Virus record (IMG/VR): IMGVR_UViG_3300028835_002196
Location: 12,247-76,246 of that record
Length of the DNA stretch: 64,000 nt
Origin: a virus
Reading direction: 5' to 3' (one strand)
Each line of letters opens with the position of its first letter. The stretch's first letter is position 1. Of the stretch, positions 26,922 to 38,500 are shown piece by piece. The translations under genes were made by a program, and so were the position numbers. The notes beneath the pieces were generated by a model. It had not been told where the DNA came from and made no database searches. It worked only from the letters and a program-made list of their open reading frames with translations.

Positions 26922-29900
26922 TTATCTTTTAGGCCCTATCTTCCCTCTTCCTGCTTTCTTCCTGGCCTTTCTCTTTTTTTCTTTTTCCAGGTGTTCTTCG
27001 TAAAAATCCCTGGTCTCCCACTGGCTTCTCAGGTTTTCTGCATAATCAATAACCTCGAGACCAAACCTCTGTCTTTCCTTAGCACCGCCAATATCAAAAT
27101 ACTGATTCAGTAATTCACTTAAAGCCCTGTATTCAGGCTCATAAAACAACTCATGTTTACGAGCTGTCTTCATTATCCATTGCACATCTTTAGACCCATA
27201 AACATTCGAATATCTAAACTGCCCCGTATCAGACCAATCCCATTTATGCCGGCTATCCTCTGCCTTGCCTCTTACTGCCTGATAGGTATCAATAAATTGT
27301 TTACCAAAATAAGTGAATTGAGCATTAACAAAAGCATCAACCATTCTTGCATCAATGAAAGGTGGTTTCTCAGGTGTTCCTTTCTTGCGAAAGAAATTGT
27401 TCATAAACTGTGTCATATTCATAACATCCTTGCCAAACTGACTGGCCCATTGTGTATTTCTTTCACGAATATCCTTATAAAATTCCTCCGGAGGAATATA
27501 ATATTTATCTCTAAAAAAATCTTTCTTCGTAGTAATAGCCGTTATACCACCAATAGCAGAGCTTAAATTATATAACCTGAACGGAAATATCAAATTAAAC
27601 AAAGTCGAATTAATATAATTATCGAATGCCTTATCATCTCCCAAAATAAACTTATCAGCCAATCGCTGCATACCACTTGATAAAATTCCCAAGTCAAAAG
27701 CTCTCGGAATAGAAATCCATCCCCCCCAGGGTGTTGGAAAATTCATAAACAGATCTCGCCTCCACGCCGGGAACTGAAAATATTCTTTTCTTTCACGATC
27801 ATCCAACATTGCCATTAATGATGTCTGCAAGGCTGTAATAATGGCTCCATAAATGGCCAATCTAATAGTTGTACCACGTGGATTCTGCCTCATCTTCCAA
27901 ATACTCTTCGCCTGACCTCTTATCATGGGATTGAGAAATGGTACATTAGGAGCTATCCTGCGAATATAATACCCCATCACACGAAAATCCATTATTCTTC
28001 TCCCCTGTAACCCAGCATAAAGCAAAGCATCATAATCTACCATCCCTTTCTTTTTAGCCCATCTATAAGAACTGGAAAAAATAGCCGTACGTGGCTTTCT
28101 TTCACCTGACTTCATAAATCTTTCATATCCCCGATCCCATAATACTGTTTTAAGGTGTTCGGGATTCATGACAATAACAGATTTATCCTTTAATAACTTG
28201 GTCATAGCAACCTTCATTAAACCATAATACTGCCTATCTGTTGTCAGGTACCATCCAAACTGACCGCCCCCCATACGATTCATCATTTCACTCGACCACT
28301 TCTGCATTGCCGGGCTAAACCAATCCTTGAGCTTAAACCTATGATCATGCGTTATACCAGCAAACGACACGTCCCGTTCAAAATTTCGTAAATAAAATAC
28401 CAGGTTAAATACTACCGAAGATCTAAATATGGTGGCCATCTGAGAAAGTATGGGTATGGGCACGGATTCGGCTACATTCATCATGCCATTATAAAATACC
28501 GGATCTACCTGCCACCACTGCTGCTCACCATACTTTTTAAATCCAACACTTTTTTCTAATTTATAAGGCACTCTCCTGGCCAGTTCTGCCAATCCTGAAA
28601 TCTCGGAAGAATACATCTCCCTGGTAGGAACAAACCATTTGAACAGTTGTACTTTATAATTATTATAATCGCTTTCCTGGATCGTCCTTGTAGTTAAATA
28701 CAATAACTGGTCCAGGGGATCTTTAATAAACTTAGCACTTCCTTTGGCCCTGTGCATCCAGTCCGGAGTAAATTGAACACCTATCCCTCTCCTGTTACCC
28801 GGCCTCATCTCTGTTTTACGTATATCCCACGCCTCATCAGGGCTCATTACCATTAATCTTGCCAGGGCAACGTATGATAAGTTTCTTTCTCTTATATACT
28901 GCCCGGCCTCCTGGGATAACAAACCGGATCTAATCGAATATTCAATTAAATTATCTCCAAAAAAACGATACTTTCTTGCAAACTCCTCCCATCGCTTAAC
29001 ATCTTCTTTATTTTTCCTAACCTCTTTTAAAAGAGCTTGTGCTGCTTCATTATCAGTAACAAATCCTCCTCCAATGCCCGTATACACTCCTTTCGAAAAA
29101 TCATATCTTTCTATGGGGAAATACAAATCTTCATCGCTAATATTATTTTCTATAACCCATTCAGTTATCCTGTTTATATGTACGGCATACTTTTCTGCTA
29201 TTGCCGGATGAAGCTTTAATATTTCAAGAGGAGGTAATTTATCACTATAATTTTTCAAATCATACATTACCTGATCACCCTGTATCTTCCACTCCAATTC
29301 AATAGACCTTTCAGCAATCATATATGTCATCGCATCATGTAGATCTTTAACAAATGTTCCATAATCTGTTTTATCAAGATCATCCAACATCCATACGATA
29401 TTAACCTGTTTATTCGTTACGGGATCATACACCGTTTTTCCATCGGGCATTTGCATACCATGTTGAAATATGGCCACCATCTTATCATTGTGACCGGCAA
29501 GCAGTGATCCCATGTACAGGGGATTTTCACTCGGTTTTACGTTAAGAGGATCCCATGCCTGTACCACGTTCTTTACAACTCCCTGCCGTTTCAAGGCCTC
29601 AACAAATGCTTTCTGTACAGGCCACATATCATTTGATAACCCCCAAACAATCTTATCAGCCCATCCCCACTTCAGGCCAAGGGCATTATTATCTTTTCTA
29701 TGTAAAAAGTTCTCAAACAGGGATTCCGGCTGCTCTTTTAATTTAAAATCAGCATGAGATTGGGCACGCTCCATCCATGTCGATCCAACATACCTGCGAA
29801 TATCATCACCAAATTCCCGGATAACTTCCAAAAACTCATCAGGAACTCTTTCTTTAAACCATTCCGTTAGCTTTGGAAAATCTTTTTCTGTTTGATTGGG

Positions 29901-32900
29901 ATTAATAATCCAGGCCCTTATATATTCAGCCGTTCCCTCAGATCTACGATAAGCCTCTTTATCTAAAGTATCCTTTTTAGGCTTACTGCCATATTTCCAC
30001 AACCTGCTTAATTCATGATTTATATCGGGGATCTTCCAGCTCACTTCCGGACCAACTATCCCAAACATATCATCAATGCGATGACCTAACTCATGTGCTG
30101 TAACGTCAAGATCTCCCTGGTATTTCAAAATAATCATCTCCTCGCCAGGTACATAAAATCCCGCAATTCCTTTACGTGGTTTCTGATACCTGACACCTGC
30201 CCGGAACTTTCGTGGTATAGATAATTGTATTTCCCATATCTTTTTTGGAGGACCTTCACTTGGCAGAGGATCAGGAGATATTCTCCCAACCCTTCCCCCG
30301 GTGTTATTCTCATACTGAATATCCTCGTCAGGTGGTGGTAAGTCGCTATCACGCTTAATGGCCGTGGCTGTGTCAATAAAATCTTGTACGACACTTGACT
30401 GTCCATGAAGAGCCTCAGCTGCATTAAACGCACTCTGAGCAACCTTCTCCGGCCTCGTTGCAATGGTAAGCCTGTAATCATCTAATATCTGTAATACCTC
30501 ATCTAACTGACTTTCCCTAAAAAAGCCGTTAAAACTTTGATTGATCTGTGTAAATTCACCATCAAACATGATAGCCGGTAACTTGCTTTTACTGGCATCC
30601 CAATATTTAGCTCCTTTCTCCCTGCTTGACGGCACACGTAAGGTATATAATTGATCATCTGTATAATCACCATAATTATATTCCATAGATCTCGGTATTC
30701 CCTTCATGATACTAACATGGCCATCCGTGGTTTCTACATAATCCTTGTTTGCCAGGGCCAGTATAATATTTTTTGCATCCTTGATGGCGATTGTTACCAT
30801 TTTATCCACACGGGGCTCAAAATTATCAGGCAATAATATTCCCTTTTTTATCAATCCTTCTTTGGTGGTGAACTCAATCAACTTGCCCTTATAATCTTTA
30901 AATGCCTGCAGGATATTATTAGTAACAATATATCTTTTTACCCTTTTACCGGCACCCTTCAAATGATAATCCCATTGTTCTTTTGCACTTGTTCTCTCTG
31001 AAGGTGAGAGAGAATAGCTGCTCGCTATAATCGTGTCCAAATACTGATCCTTGCTCAGGGGGACCTGAAAAGATCTGCGACTATCTGCTGTTGCAAATTT
31101 AATTCTTATATTACTCGGGACCCATGGATTAAGTTTATTTACATTTATATCATAACCCACAACGTAACCCTTATTCATTCTTGTAATATTCCCGATATCC
31201 TCCTCGTAAGCAACTTCATAAATCTCCCCAACCTTGAAAAACTTAATATACCTGTCAATCGAATTTGTTAATAAAGTGTTATTTTTCTGAACAGTACTAA
31301 GTCTGTACCCTCTAAACTCTTCAAGCTTATTTATTTTATCTTTCCTCATCTCCTCAGCGTCCCTGACATTTTTCCCTTTCTCAACTGCCTCATCATACCT
31401 GCGATGCTCTTCCTTTATTTTAATATCGTACATCTCGGTAACTTCCTGCTGTTTCTTTTCAAGATTCTTCTGCAAGCCATCATAAATCTTTTTGTACGTG
31501 TCCTCTACATGTGCCTCAGCCGTCTTTCCCATAAGCTCTTTATTGATCAGATCATCAATCTCTTTAGCCATCATGGGGTTTTTCATACTATTAACATCCA
31601 TTAATTCCATAAAACTATCATCCCCGAAAGCACTAAACCCCCCTCGTCCACGAATAACAAGGTCTTTATTTATACTCTCTGCTTGCAAATCCAAGGCCTT
31701 AACCTCAAGATCATTTTGATCGGTTTCGTTAAGATAGTCAATCAAGGCCTTATACCGGTCTATAACGTCTGTATAAAATTCCTCTTGCTGCTGGGTTGTA
31801 AGTATCGATACTTCATTAGTTACTTTTCTTGTAGGATTCTCTGCCCTGTTCTTAGATTCATCAACTATACCCAAAGGATCACCGATAAGAGTATTAATAT
31901 CCAGGTTATCCCTTAAATATTCTTCAACAACCTGATCACCGTACTTATTCAAAATATCAACAATATCCAGCATCTTCTCGCTTTGTTTCTGATTTGATGT
32001 GGTGTTGGCATCAAGCATACCTATTTTCTGCCGGGTCATCATCAGTAGTCTTTGCTCTGCAGGCACAACACTACTTACATTATTATATATCGGATCCGTT
32101 ACCTGACCGGCACGATGAATCCTTCCTATCTTCTGCATATAGGCATTAATATCTGGCTCTGGTTGTACAATAGTCATCACCCTTTGCGACTGATCTTTAA
32201 AATCAACCGATGAATGAGCCGAAAGACCGGTAGACGAAGCCACGTTACCAAGAATTACCCAGCCAGGTTCATTATTAAACTTGCGTATAAGCTCATTTTT
32301 AGTTGGCCTAGGATTACTAACCAGTTTCCCCTTCATATAATTATCACCTGTAAACTCTATTTTTGTTTTTCTACCCGTAATTTCTGCAACCTTGTAACCT
32401 GCTTTTTCAATTTCATGTATCATTATATCAATTGGTGATGCAGATATTTCCTCGCCAATCTCTCTTATTTTCTCTAACAAAGCATAATATGTTTCCTGAC
32501 CGGCAGGGCCCAGAACTCCCGGATCTAAATATTCGGGATGAGGTACACCTGTTTCGTCCACAACTGTTGCTTTCATCACTCCTTTTAAGCCACGTTCCAG
32601 TACATAAGAAAAGTTTGTTGAAACTTCATCTCCCATACTGACTAATCCTTCATCCATCATGTGTTTGAACATGCTCTCCATAGTATTAGAAAATGCAACA
32701 AACGGCTTCTGCCCCTTCTCTAACTGTTGAATAATGGTAGGTGTTATATGTTGAGCTTTCAGAGTAAACAATAACTGGTTAATAACATTATAAATTTTAT
32801 TGAAATAAGGATAATTTTGCACGCCCATTCTTGTAGTTCCCCTTCTTTCCTCCATCTGCTTTCCTTCAGCCTTAAGCTTTGCATTCCACGCTTTAATAAT

Positions 32901-35552
32901 AGGCTTAACAAACATCTCCTGAAAACTGATTATCTGTCTCACCAGATCAGTAACGGCATCATATTTCTTCAATATATCCTTACCGGCATCATTAATCTTT
33001 CCTGTCTCGGGGTCCCTGCCGTAAACAATCCAGTTATTCTCTATACCCTTCATGCTACGCTCCCTGCGAATAAGCTGCATAGATTCCACAAGTTGTGAAC
33101 TAATAATCTCCATCAGGGCCGGCCCTCCAGCCTTTATAGCCTCAGCCAATTCTTCGTCTGTAAGAGCAGCCTCCCTGATCACCGTATTAACACCATATAA
33201 AGGCAAGTTGTCAGGACGTTTCGCATAGGTAGCTGATAAGAAAGTAGCTCCGTCAGCACTTCCTAGTACATCACGAAGAAAGAATCCAACATTGCTCTGT
33301 CCGCTAGCCAAATGACTTTCATCCATTACTACTATATTATTCCTTGCCAAATTCTCAAATAATGCTCTCTTCTTACGCCCATTCTCTGTTTTATCTGTCA
33401 TTAACTGAGAATAACTGACAAGTATAACATTATATTCCTCTGAAATATCACCCTCGTCCATTGCTTTATTTATGGCTGCCGGATCTGACTGGTATAATTC
33501 CCTGCCTTCGGGATCAGTAATGATCACGGCTCCGGAGCCATCTGCAAATGTCTTATTAAACATAAACGGCCTTAACTCACCAGATCCTATCCCTATCAGG
33601 TCACGATAAATATCCGAATACAGCCCCGCATCTTTAGTCATGAAGATTGGCCTGTAACCATTATTAACAGCATATCTCAAAATGCCTGCTGCTACCCTTC
33701 CTTTGCCAACTCCTGTCTGATCACCAATAATTACCGCCTCCCCATTACTGATATTATATAATGCCATGGCCAGGGCATCTATCTGCTCCGCATAAAAAGC
33801 CTTATACATATCTGCTCTTGAAGGATAATTGAGTTTTCCCATTACATAATTATCAAAATCCCCTATCTCCCCGGCAAGTTGGTACAGGGCATCTTCCATT
33901 TCGTTTGCCTGAGACAAAGGAATGACTGTTTCTCCCGATGGTCCTTTAGAAAGTGGTCTATATGGCTCTACGCCCCCTGCCTGTTTAATAATGAGTTGTT
34001 GCTTTCTCTGAGATCGTGGAGCCACTGCTCCAAGGACAATTCTTCCAACATCTCCTTCGCCTCTGATTGTTTCATCAGGGGTGGTAATCCCTTCACCGGT
34101 TGGATCTCCTGAAGTTCCGATGTCAGGTCTCGGAGTTCCTGGGATTCTACCAGGAATGCTACCAGCCTCTCCCGGTCCGGGTGAAACAGGTTGGGAAATG
34201 TCTCCTGGAATATTCGGGCCAGGTTCCTCTGGGGGACCAATAGTAGTAGGTCGTGTAGCTTTGGGTAAAGGAGGGGCCTCATCCGGTTGGGTCGGGGGAA
34301 TTTCGTCAACCCTTCTTTCAATCCGAATATCCGTATCACTTCCTCCCCCCTCATCCATGACGGGTCGTAATAATGCTTTTTCATTTGGTTTACTTATTAA
34401 ATCGTTAATATTTTTATAAACATCCCCCCAGGTAACTGCAGGGGTAAGACCTTCTTCCTTAAACATCGGAGCAACGCCTTCTGGTATGGGTTTACGCCCC
34501 CCAATCATTATAAGTCTTATAGGCCATGAAGTCCCCATACGACTATACAGATCTCCTTCAATATTTACAATACCATCAACAACATAGTTCTTATAAAGCC
34601 AGTTATAAAAATACAAATCACCGCCTTTAATTGCTCCGTCCTCATCCACTTCAAGATGCCCTCCGGCAATAATCGCGGCTTTTCCATCATCACTCATCAA
34701 ATCTAACCCGTTCATGGCAATAATATGTTCAATCCTCGATACATCAAACCCTTTCATCCTGATTTTTGGAACCGATCCAAAAGGAGGATTAAGAACAACG
34801 GCAGGAAAATGTCTCTCCATGAAATCGAAATCCGTATCCTTTACCGGTTTTGTCGCATCAAAGTTGGCGACCTGATTGAATCCCAATGTTTTTAAATTCT
34901 TATACCTGCTTTCTGACAGGTCATTAACAAACACCCTCAGGGGATCTGCATAAATAACCAACATTCCATTTCCTGCCGAATTATCACCTATATACTTGGC
35001 TGCATCTCCGTTTACATACTGGTGCATCATAAAAGCTAATGGTCCCGGAGTACTATATTGTTGCTTGCCCTTAACTTCACTGGTAAGTTTGCTTAAAGAA
35101 GGCTGAGTATTATAAAACGTAACCAACTTATTAAATCTTTCCTGTTCGGAAATATTCCTGTCCCTTGCTATATCCCTAAACCTCTCTGTAAATGCAAGCT
35201 CCATCTGGTCCCGGATCTCCGAATCGGTAAGAGTTAACCCGTAGCCCGGTAATAAGGCCTTAACTGTTGTGAAAGTAACCCTGCGACCGTTAAGAAGATC
35301 GTTCTTTATCTGATTACGTAAAAGGTATGACCTTGCATTTTTTAATTTTTCCCTGGCTTGGGCAACATCATTATCAAATAACGACTGTGCATGTTGCAGT
35401 CTTTTAGGATCTGCAACCTTATAAGAAAGAACTATCTGTTTTTGTCTCTCTGCAATAAGACTAAGCCAGTCTTCAAGGCTTGCCTTAAACCAGTCAACAT
35501 AATCACTAAGCCAGGTATTCCCTCCCATTTCCAAAGCCCCTGAAAGAGCCAT
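26922..35552 (-). CDS. Giant DarB-like polyvalent protein: N6-MTase + Strawberry-notch SF2 helicase + HExxH metallopeptidase-like + LPD38-like domain
   Basis: QQYSTP, SAGNG and NPPFG (MTase); GDQTGVGKG, DESH, SATYAK, STGLS and GRIHR.GQ (Sno helicase); HELGH (30081-30095); PFLNP...G and W.RD...WI.IPR.F (LPD38-like). Confidence 0.85.
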   Translation of the reverse strand: MALSGALEMGGNTWLSDYVDWFKASLEDWLSLIAERQKQIVLSYKVADPKRLQHAQSLFDNDVAQAREKLKNARSYLLRNQIKNDLLNGRRVTFTTVKALLPGYGLTLTDSEIRDQMELAFTERFRDIARDRNISEQERFNKLVTFYNTQPSLSKLTSEVKGKQQYSTPGPLAFMMHQYVNGDAAKYIGDNSAGNGMLVIYADPLRVFVNDLSESRYKNLKTLGFNQVANFDATKPVKDTDFDFMERHFPAVVLNPPFGSVPKIRMKGFDVSRIEHIIAMNGLDLMSDDGKAAIIAGGHLEVDEDGAIKGGDLYFYNWLYKNYVVDGIVNIEGDLYSRMGTSWPIRLIMIGGRKPIPEGVAPMFKEEGLTPAVTWGDVYKNINDLISKPNEKALLRPVMDEGGGSDTDIRIERRVDEIPPTQPDEAPPLPKATRPTTIGPPEEPGPNIPGDISQPVSPGPGEAGSIPGRIPGTPRPDIGTSGDPTGEGITTPDETIRGEGDVGRIVLGAVAPRSQRKQQLIIKQAGGVEPYRPLSKGPSGETVIPLSQANEMEDALYQLAGEIGDFDNYVMGKLNYPSRADMYKAFYAEQIDALAMALYNISNGEAVIIGDQTGVGKGRVAAGILRYAVNNGYRPIFMTKDAGLYSDIYRDLIGIGSGELRPFMFNKTFADGSGAVIITDPEGRELYQSDPAAINKAMDEGDISEEYNVILVSYSQLMTDKTENGRKKRALFENLARNNIVVMDESHLASGQSNVGFFLRDVLGSADGATFLSATYAKRPDNLPLYGVNTVIREAALTDEELAEAIKAGGPALMEIISSQLVESMQLIRRERSMKGIENNWIVYGRDPETGKINDAGKDILKKYDAVTDLVRQIISFQEMFVKPIIKAWNAKLKAEGKQMEERRGTTRMGVQNYPYFNKIYNVINQLLFTLKAQHITPTIIQQLEKGQKPFVAFSNTMESMFKHMMDEGLVSMGDEVSTNFSYVLERGLKGVMKATVVDETGVPHPEYLDPGVLGPAGQETYYALLEKIREIGEEISASPIDIMIHEIEKAGYKVAEITGRKTKIEFTGDNYMKGKLVSNPRPTKNELIRKFNNEPGWVILGNVASSTGLSAHSSVDFKDQSQRVMTIVQPEPDINAYMQKIGRIHRAGQVTDPIYNNVSSVVPAEQRLLMMTRQKIGMLDANTTSNQKQSEKMLDIVDILNKYGDQVVEEYLRDNLDINTLIGDPLGIVDESKNRAENPTRKVTNEVSILTTQQQEEFYTDVIDRYKALIDYLNETDQNDLEVKALDLQAESINKDLVIRGRGGFSAFGDDSFMELMDVNSMKNPMMAKEIDDLINKELMGKTAEAHVEDTYKKIYDGLQKNLEKKQQEVTEMYDIKIKEEHRRYDEAVEKGKNVRDAEEMRKDKINKLEEFRGYRLSTVQKNNTLLTNSIDRYIKFFKVGEIYEVAYEEDIGNITRMNKGYVVGYDINVNKLNPWVPSNIRIKFATADSRRSFQVPLSKDQYLDTIIASSYSLSPSERTSAKEQWDYHLKGAGKRVKRYIVTNNILQAFKDYKGKLIEFTTKEGLIKKGILLPDNFEPRVDKMVTIAIKDAKNIILALANKDYVETTDGHVSIMKGIPRSMEYNYGDYTDDQLYTLRVPSSREKGAKYWDASKSKLPAIMFDGEFTQINQSFNGFFRESQLDEVLQILDDYRLTIATRPEKVAQSAFNAAEALHGQSSVVQDFIDTATAIKRDSDLPPPDEDIQYENNTGGRVGRISPDPLPSEGPPKKIWEIQLSIPRKFRAGVRYQKPRKGIAGFYVPGEEMIILKYQGDLDVTAHELGHRIDDMFGIVGPEVSWKIPDINHELSRLWKYGSKPKKDTLDKEAYRRSEGTAEYIRAWIINPNQTEKDFPKLTEWFKERVPDEFLEVIREFGDDIRRYVGSTWMERAQSHADFKLKEQPESLFENFLHRKDNNALGLKWGWADKIVWGLSNDMWPVQKAFVEALKRQGVVKNVVQAWDPLNVKPSENPLYMGSLLAGHNDKMVAIFQHGMQMPDGKTVYDPVTNKQVNIVWMLDDLDKTDYGTFVKDLHDAMTYMIAERSIELEWKIQGDQVMYDLKNYSDKLPPLEILKLHPAIAEKYAVHINRITEWVIENNISDEDLYFPIERYDFSKGVYTGIGGGFVTDNEAAQALLKEVRKNKEDVKRWEEFARKYRFFGDNLIEYSIRSGLLSQEAGQYIRERNLSYVALARLMVMSPDEAWDIRKTEMRPGNRRGIGVQFTPDWMHRAKGSAKFIKDPLDQLLYLTTRTIQESDYNNYKVQLFKWFVPTREMYSSEISGLAELARRVPYKLEKSVGFKKYGEQQWWQVDPVFYNGMMNVAESVPIPILSQMATIFRSSVVFNLVFYLRNFERDVSFAGITHDHRFKLKDWFSPAMQKWSSEMMNRMGGGQFGWYLTTDRQYYGLMKVAMTKLLKDKSVIVMNPEHLKTVLWDRGYERFMKSGERKPRTAIFSSSYRWAKKKGMVDYDALLYAGLQGRRIMDFRVMGYYIRRIAPNVPFLNPMIRGQAKSIWKMRQNPRGTTIRLAIYGAIITALQTSLMAMLDDRERKEYFQFPAWRRDLFMNFPTPWGGWISIPRAFDLGILSSGMQRLADKFILGDDKAFDNYINSTLFNLIFPFRLYNLSSAIGGITAITTKKDFFRDKYYIPPEEFYKDIRERNTQWASQFGKDVMNMTQFMNNFFRKKGTPEKPPFIDARMVDAFVNAQFTYFGKQFIDTYQAVRGKAEDSRHKWDWSDTGQFRYSNVYGSKDVQWIMKTARKHELFYEPEYRALSELLNQYFDIGGAKERQRFGLEVIDYAENLRSQWETRDFYEEHLEKEKKRKARKKAGRGKIGPKR

Positions 35553-35572
35553 AAGCTCATTAGATTCATTTA

Positions 35573-38500
35573 TTATATCATTCTAAATATTATATCTTCA
35601 TCCGTAGATACTGTAATCTTATCACTTGGCTTGGGAATAACCTCGCCATCATAAATCTTTCTCGCCTCCAACCTCTCATTCCCAATTTTTATCATTCTCT
35701 CCGATCTCTCTTTCCATAAAGGATCTGCCGCCCCTTCCCTCTTCTCAAGTAAACTTACATGGGGGGCAGATTGTCCCCGGTCAAGATATTTTTGAGCATC
35801 TTCTGTTTCTCCCAAAGCATTACGTTGCCTGGCAATTTCATTATTTAATTCAGTCCACTCCTGCATGTGTTTAAATGGCGGAGGTGCAACGGCCTCGCCT
35901 GACTTGATCATTCCCCTCAACTGATCAACAGAAATCCCCAACATTGATCCTCCATAATTACTGTTATCCGAATATACAGCAACCATTATTTTCTGTCCGA
36001 TCGGCTTTTCAGCAAACAACGGGCCTCCGTATTTTTTCAACCCTTCATCATTATCATCCCACTCCTCTACACGAATAATATCTAAAACCTTTTGAGAATT
36101 ACCCTTACTCAGGTTAGGAAACAAAAAACTCTTACCAACAATATCCGAAAAATCCTCTTTCTTTGCTGGCTCGTGCATGGCCTGGTAGATCTCGCCAATA
36201 TCTTCTTGTTTAAATCGCCTGGCCTGGGCAATATCCATCTTCTCAAATACCGTATCTTCTACATCAGCTCCAATAGTTGTCATATATGCTCCATACCCTT
36301 GTTTAAGGTATGGCAACAACCTTTCAAGTTTCTCCTGGGTAACACTCCCTGCTACTTTTTTTATCATTTCCGGGAACTTATATATTTTATTCCCTACAAA
36401 ACGCTCGACTATTTTAGTGGCAACCTTAGCCAACTTAATCTCGTTAGGTGAATCCGTTTGTCTGCCTTCAGGAGATCCGTAAGAAAAATCAATATCTCCC
36501 AAAAGGCCTGTCATCTCGTCCAGTTCGACCGAAATATCTACTTCCCCTGGCTCTCCTTCCACCTTTTTGCCTTTAACACCAACTCCCTTAGTTGGAGTGA
36601 TGCCTTCTGCCGGTTCTTCCCCGGCTTTTTTACTTTGCTTTTCTTTTTCATATAAATATTCTTTTACAATTTGTCCTTCTTCCTCAGTAAATGGAAATCC
36701 TGTGAAATATTTCTCACGAATACTCTCAAAATCTTTTAATGTAATACTTTCAATGCCTTCCTCTTCCTTAAGCATCTCCATTACATCAACAAAATCAAAG
36801 TCTGATTTATCTATACCTTTTAAAAACGCCTGTTCATCTTCAATATACTTATCAATACTCATCCCCGCAACTTCCTTAAACCTGATTTCCAGTTCTTTCA
36901 TTACAGGATCCTTTGCCTCAGCCTTCTGCTTACTCGGATTCTCCATAATAAATTCCGCAATCATATCAGTAGTTACCTCGATGCCAAATTCCTCTGTCAT
37001 ATCTTTGGCAAGAACATCAATCTTGCTCGTGCCGGCAGCATATTGTTTGGTAATTGGATCTTTTTTTCCTATCCAATTTTTCATCATGGCCATACTAAAC
37101 TTATTAGGATCACCAAACTCCGCAAGACTTTTTTTTGTTACTTTTGTAGTTAATAACCTTTCCTGCCAGGGTACTAACTTAGGCTGATAATGCTCCTGGC
37201 CCATTTGATAAATCCTGACAATCTCCTCTGGGTCTTCACTCTTTTCTGATACCTGCTTTGCCAGGATCTCAAAATCCTGGGGTTTTGCTGGTGCTGGTTT
37301 CCCTTTTTTCTTTACTTCTGGTTCTTCAGGTTTTAGTTTCTTAAGTTTTTGTTCAGTTTCTATTAAATCTACTTTTACTTGTTTTTCAAATTCCACTAAA
37401 TCCTTTTCATTAACAACCTCCCGATACTCCTTATCTAACCTTGCTCCCCGCTTTATAATCTTATCCCTCCATTGTCGGGTAGGGTGTTCAAACACTATTT
37501 CTTCTCCTTCGGGAAGTTTTTCTCTTGTTTTTTCTATAGCAGCCAATAATTTTTCTCCCGCCTGTTTTCTTCCTTCAATGTATTCTTTTTCTTCAAGATA
37601 TTTTTCACCTAGCCACTTATTTATGAATTCCTCCATAGGTTGCTTGGCGTAAATATCTACCGGTATTTCACCGTTTAATATCTGATCAGCCAAAACATTA
37701 ACCTCATCCTCTATTTGCTCAGGTGTCATATCAGGATCTATCTCTCTGATCTTATCCCTTACAAGATCGTAAACGCCTTCCTGTAACTGCAAATTCTCAG
37801 TAGTTACTTCCTGAAAGGCTTTTTCTATCTTGTTAATCAATACTCCTTTTTGCTCTTTTAGCTTATCAATCTCACGTCTTTGAGTAAGATCCTTACGTCC
37901 CTTGAATTTCCCCAACTTCTCATCTATCTCCGTAATCTCTTTTTTCAACGGCTCTGTTTGTTTATCTGTCTCCATCCATTGATCAGTCCATTGCTGTCTA
38001 AAATCAGCTATTGTTCCTTCAAGAGCTTTCTGTGGAGGGCCAAACCTATTACCTTCCCACTCTTCAGCTTGTTTTATTTCCTGATAAACTTTCCTGTCGT
38101 AAGTCATCGTCAGTGTTTGCTTTGGAAACACGTCTCCCCCTTCACTCACGGGCAATGCCGGCAACATAGGAGCTTCCCCTTCCTTAAGACCTGCTTGCAT
38201 AAACTTACCAGCCTGCTTCCTCGTTTCCATTTCAAAATTAAACACTCCCCTGTTCTCATACAGATCCTCAAGTAATAGGTCTGTATGAAACCGGTTATTA
38301 AGAAGTATAGATTTCTCTGCCTTCCCTTCTTTCCATTTAGCCTGTGTCGGAAATTTGTTTTTTGCCCTGGTGTTCTCAACAACCGTTATGGCATTCTCAT
38401 AATTTTTTAACGTGCTTTCCAGCCAGCGATCTTCAAACGACTTGGCAATTTCGGATTTACTGGCTATTCTGGCCTCCTTAACACCCTCTGTAGCCAATGG

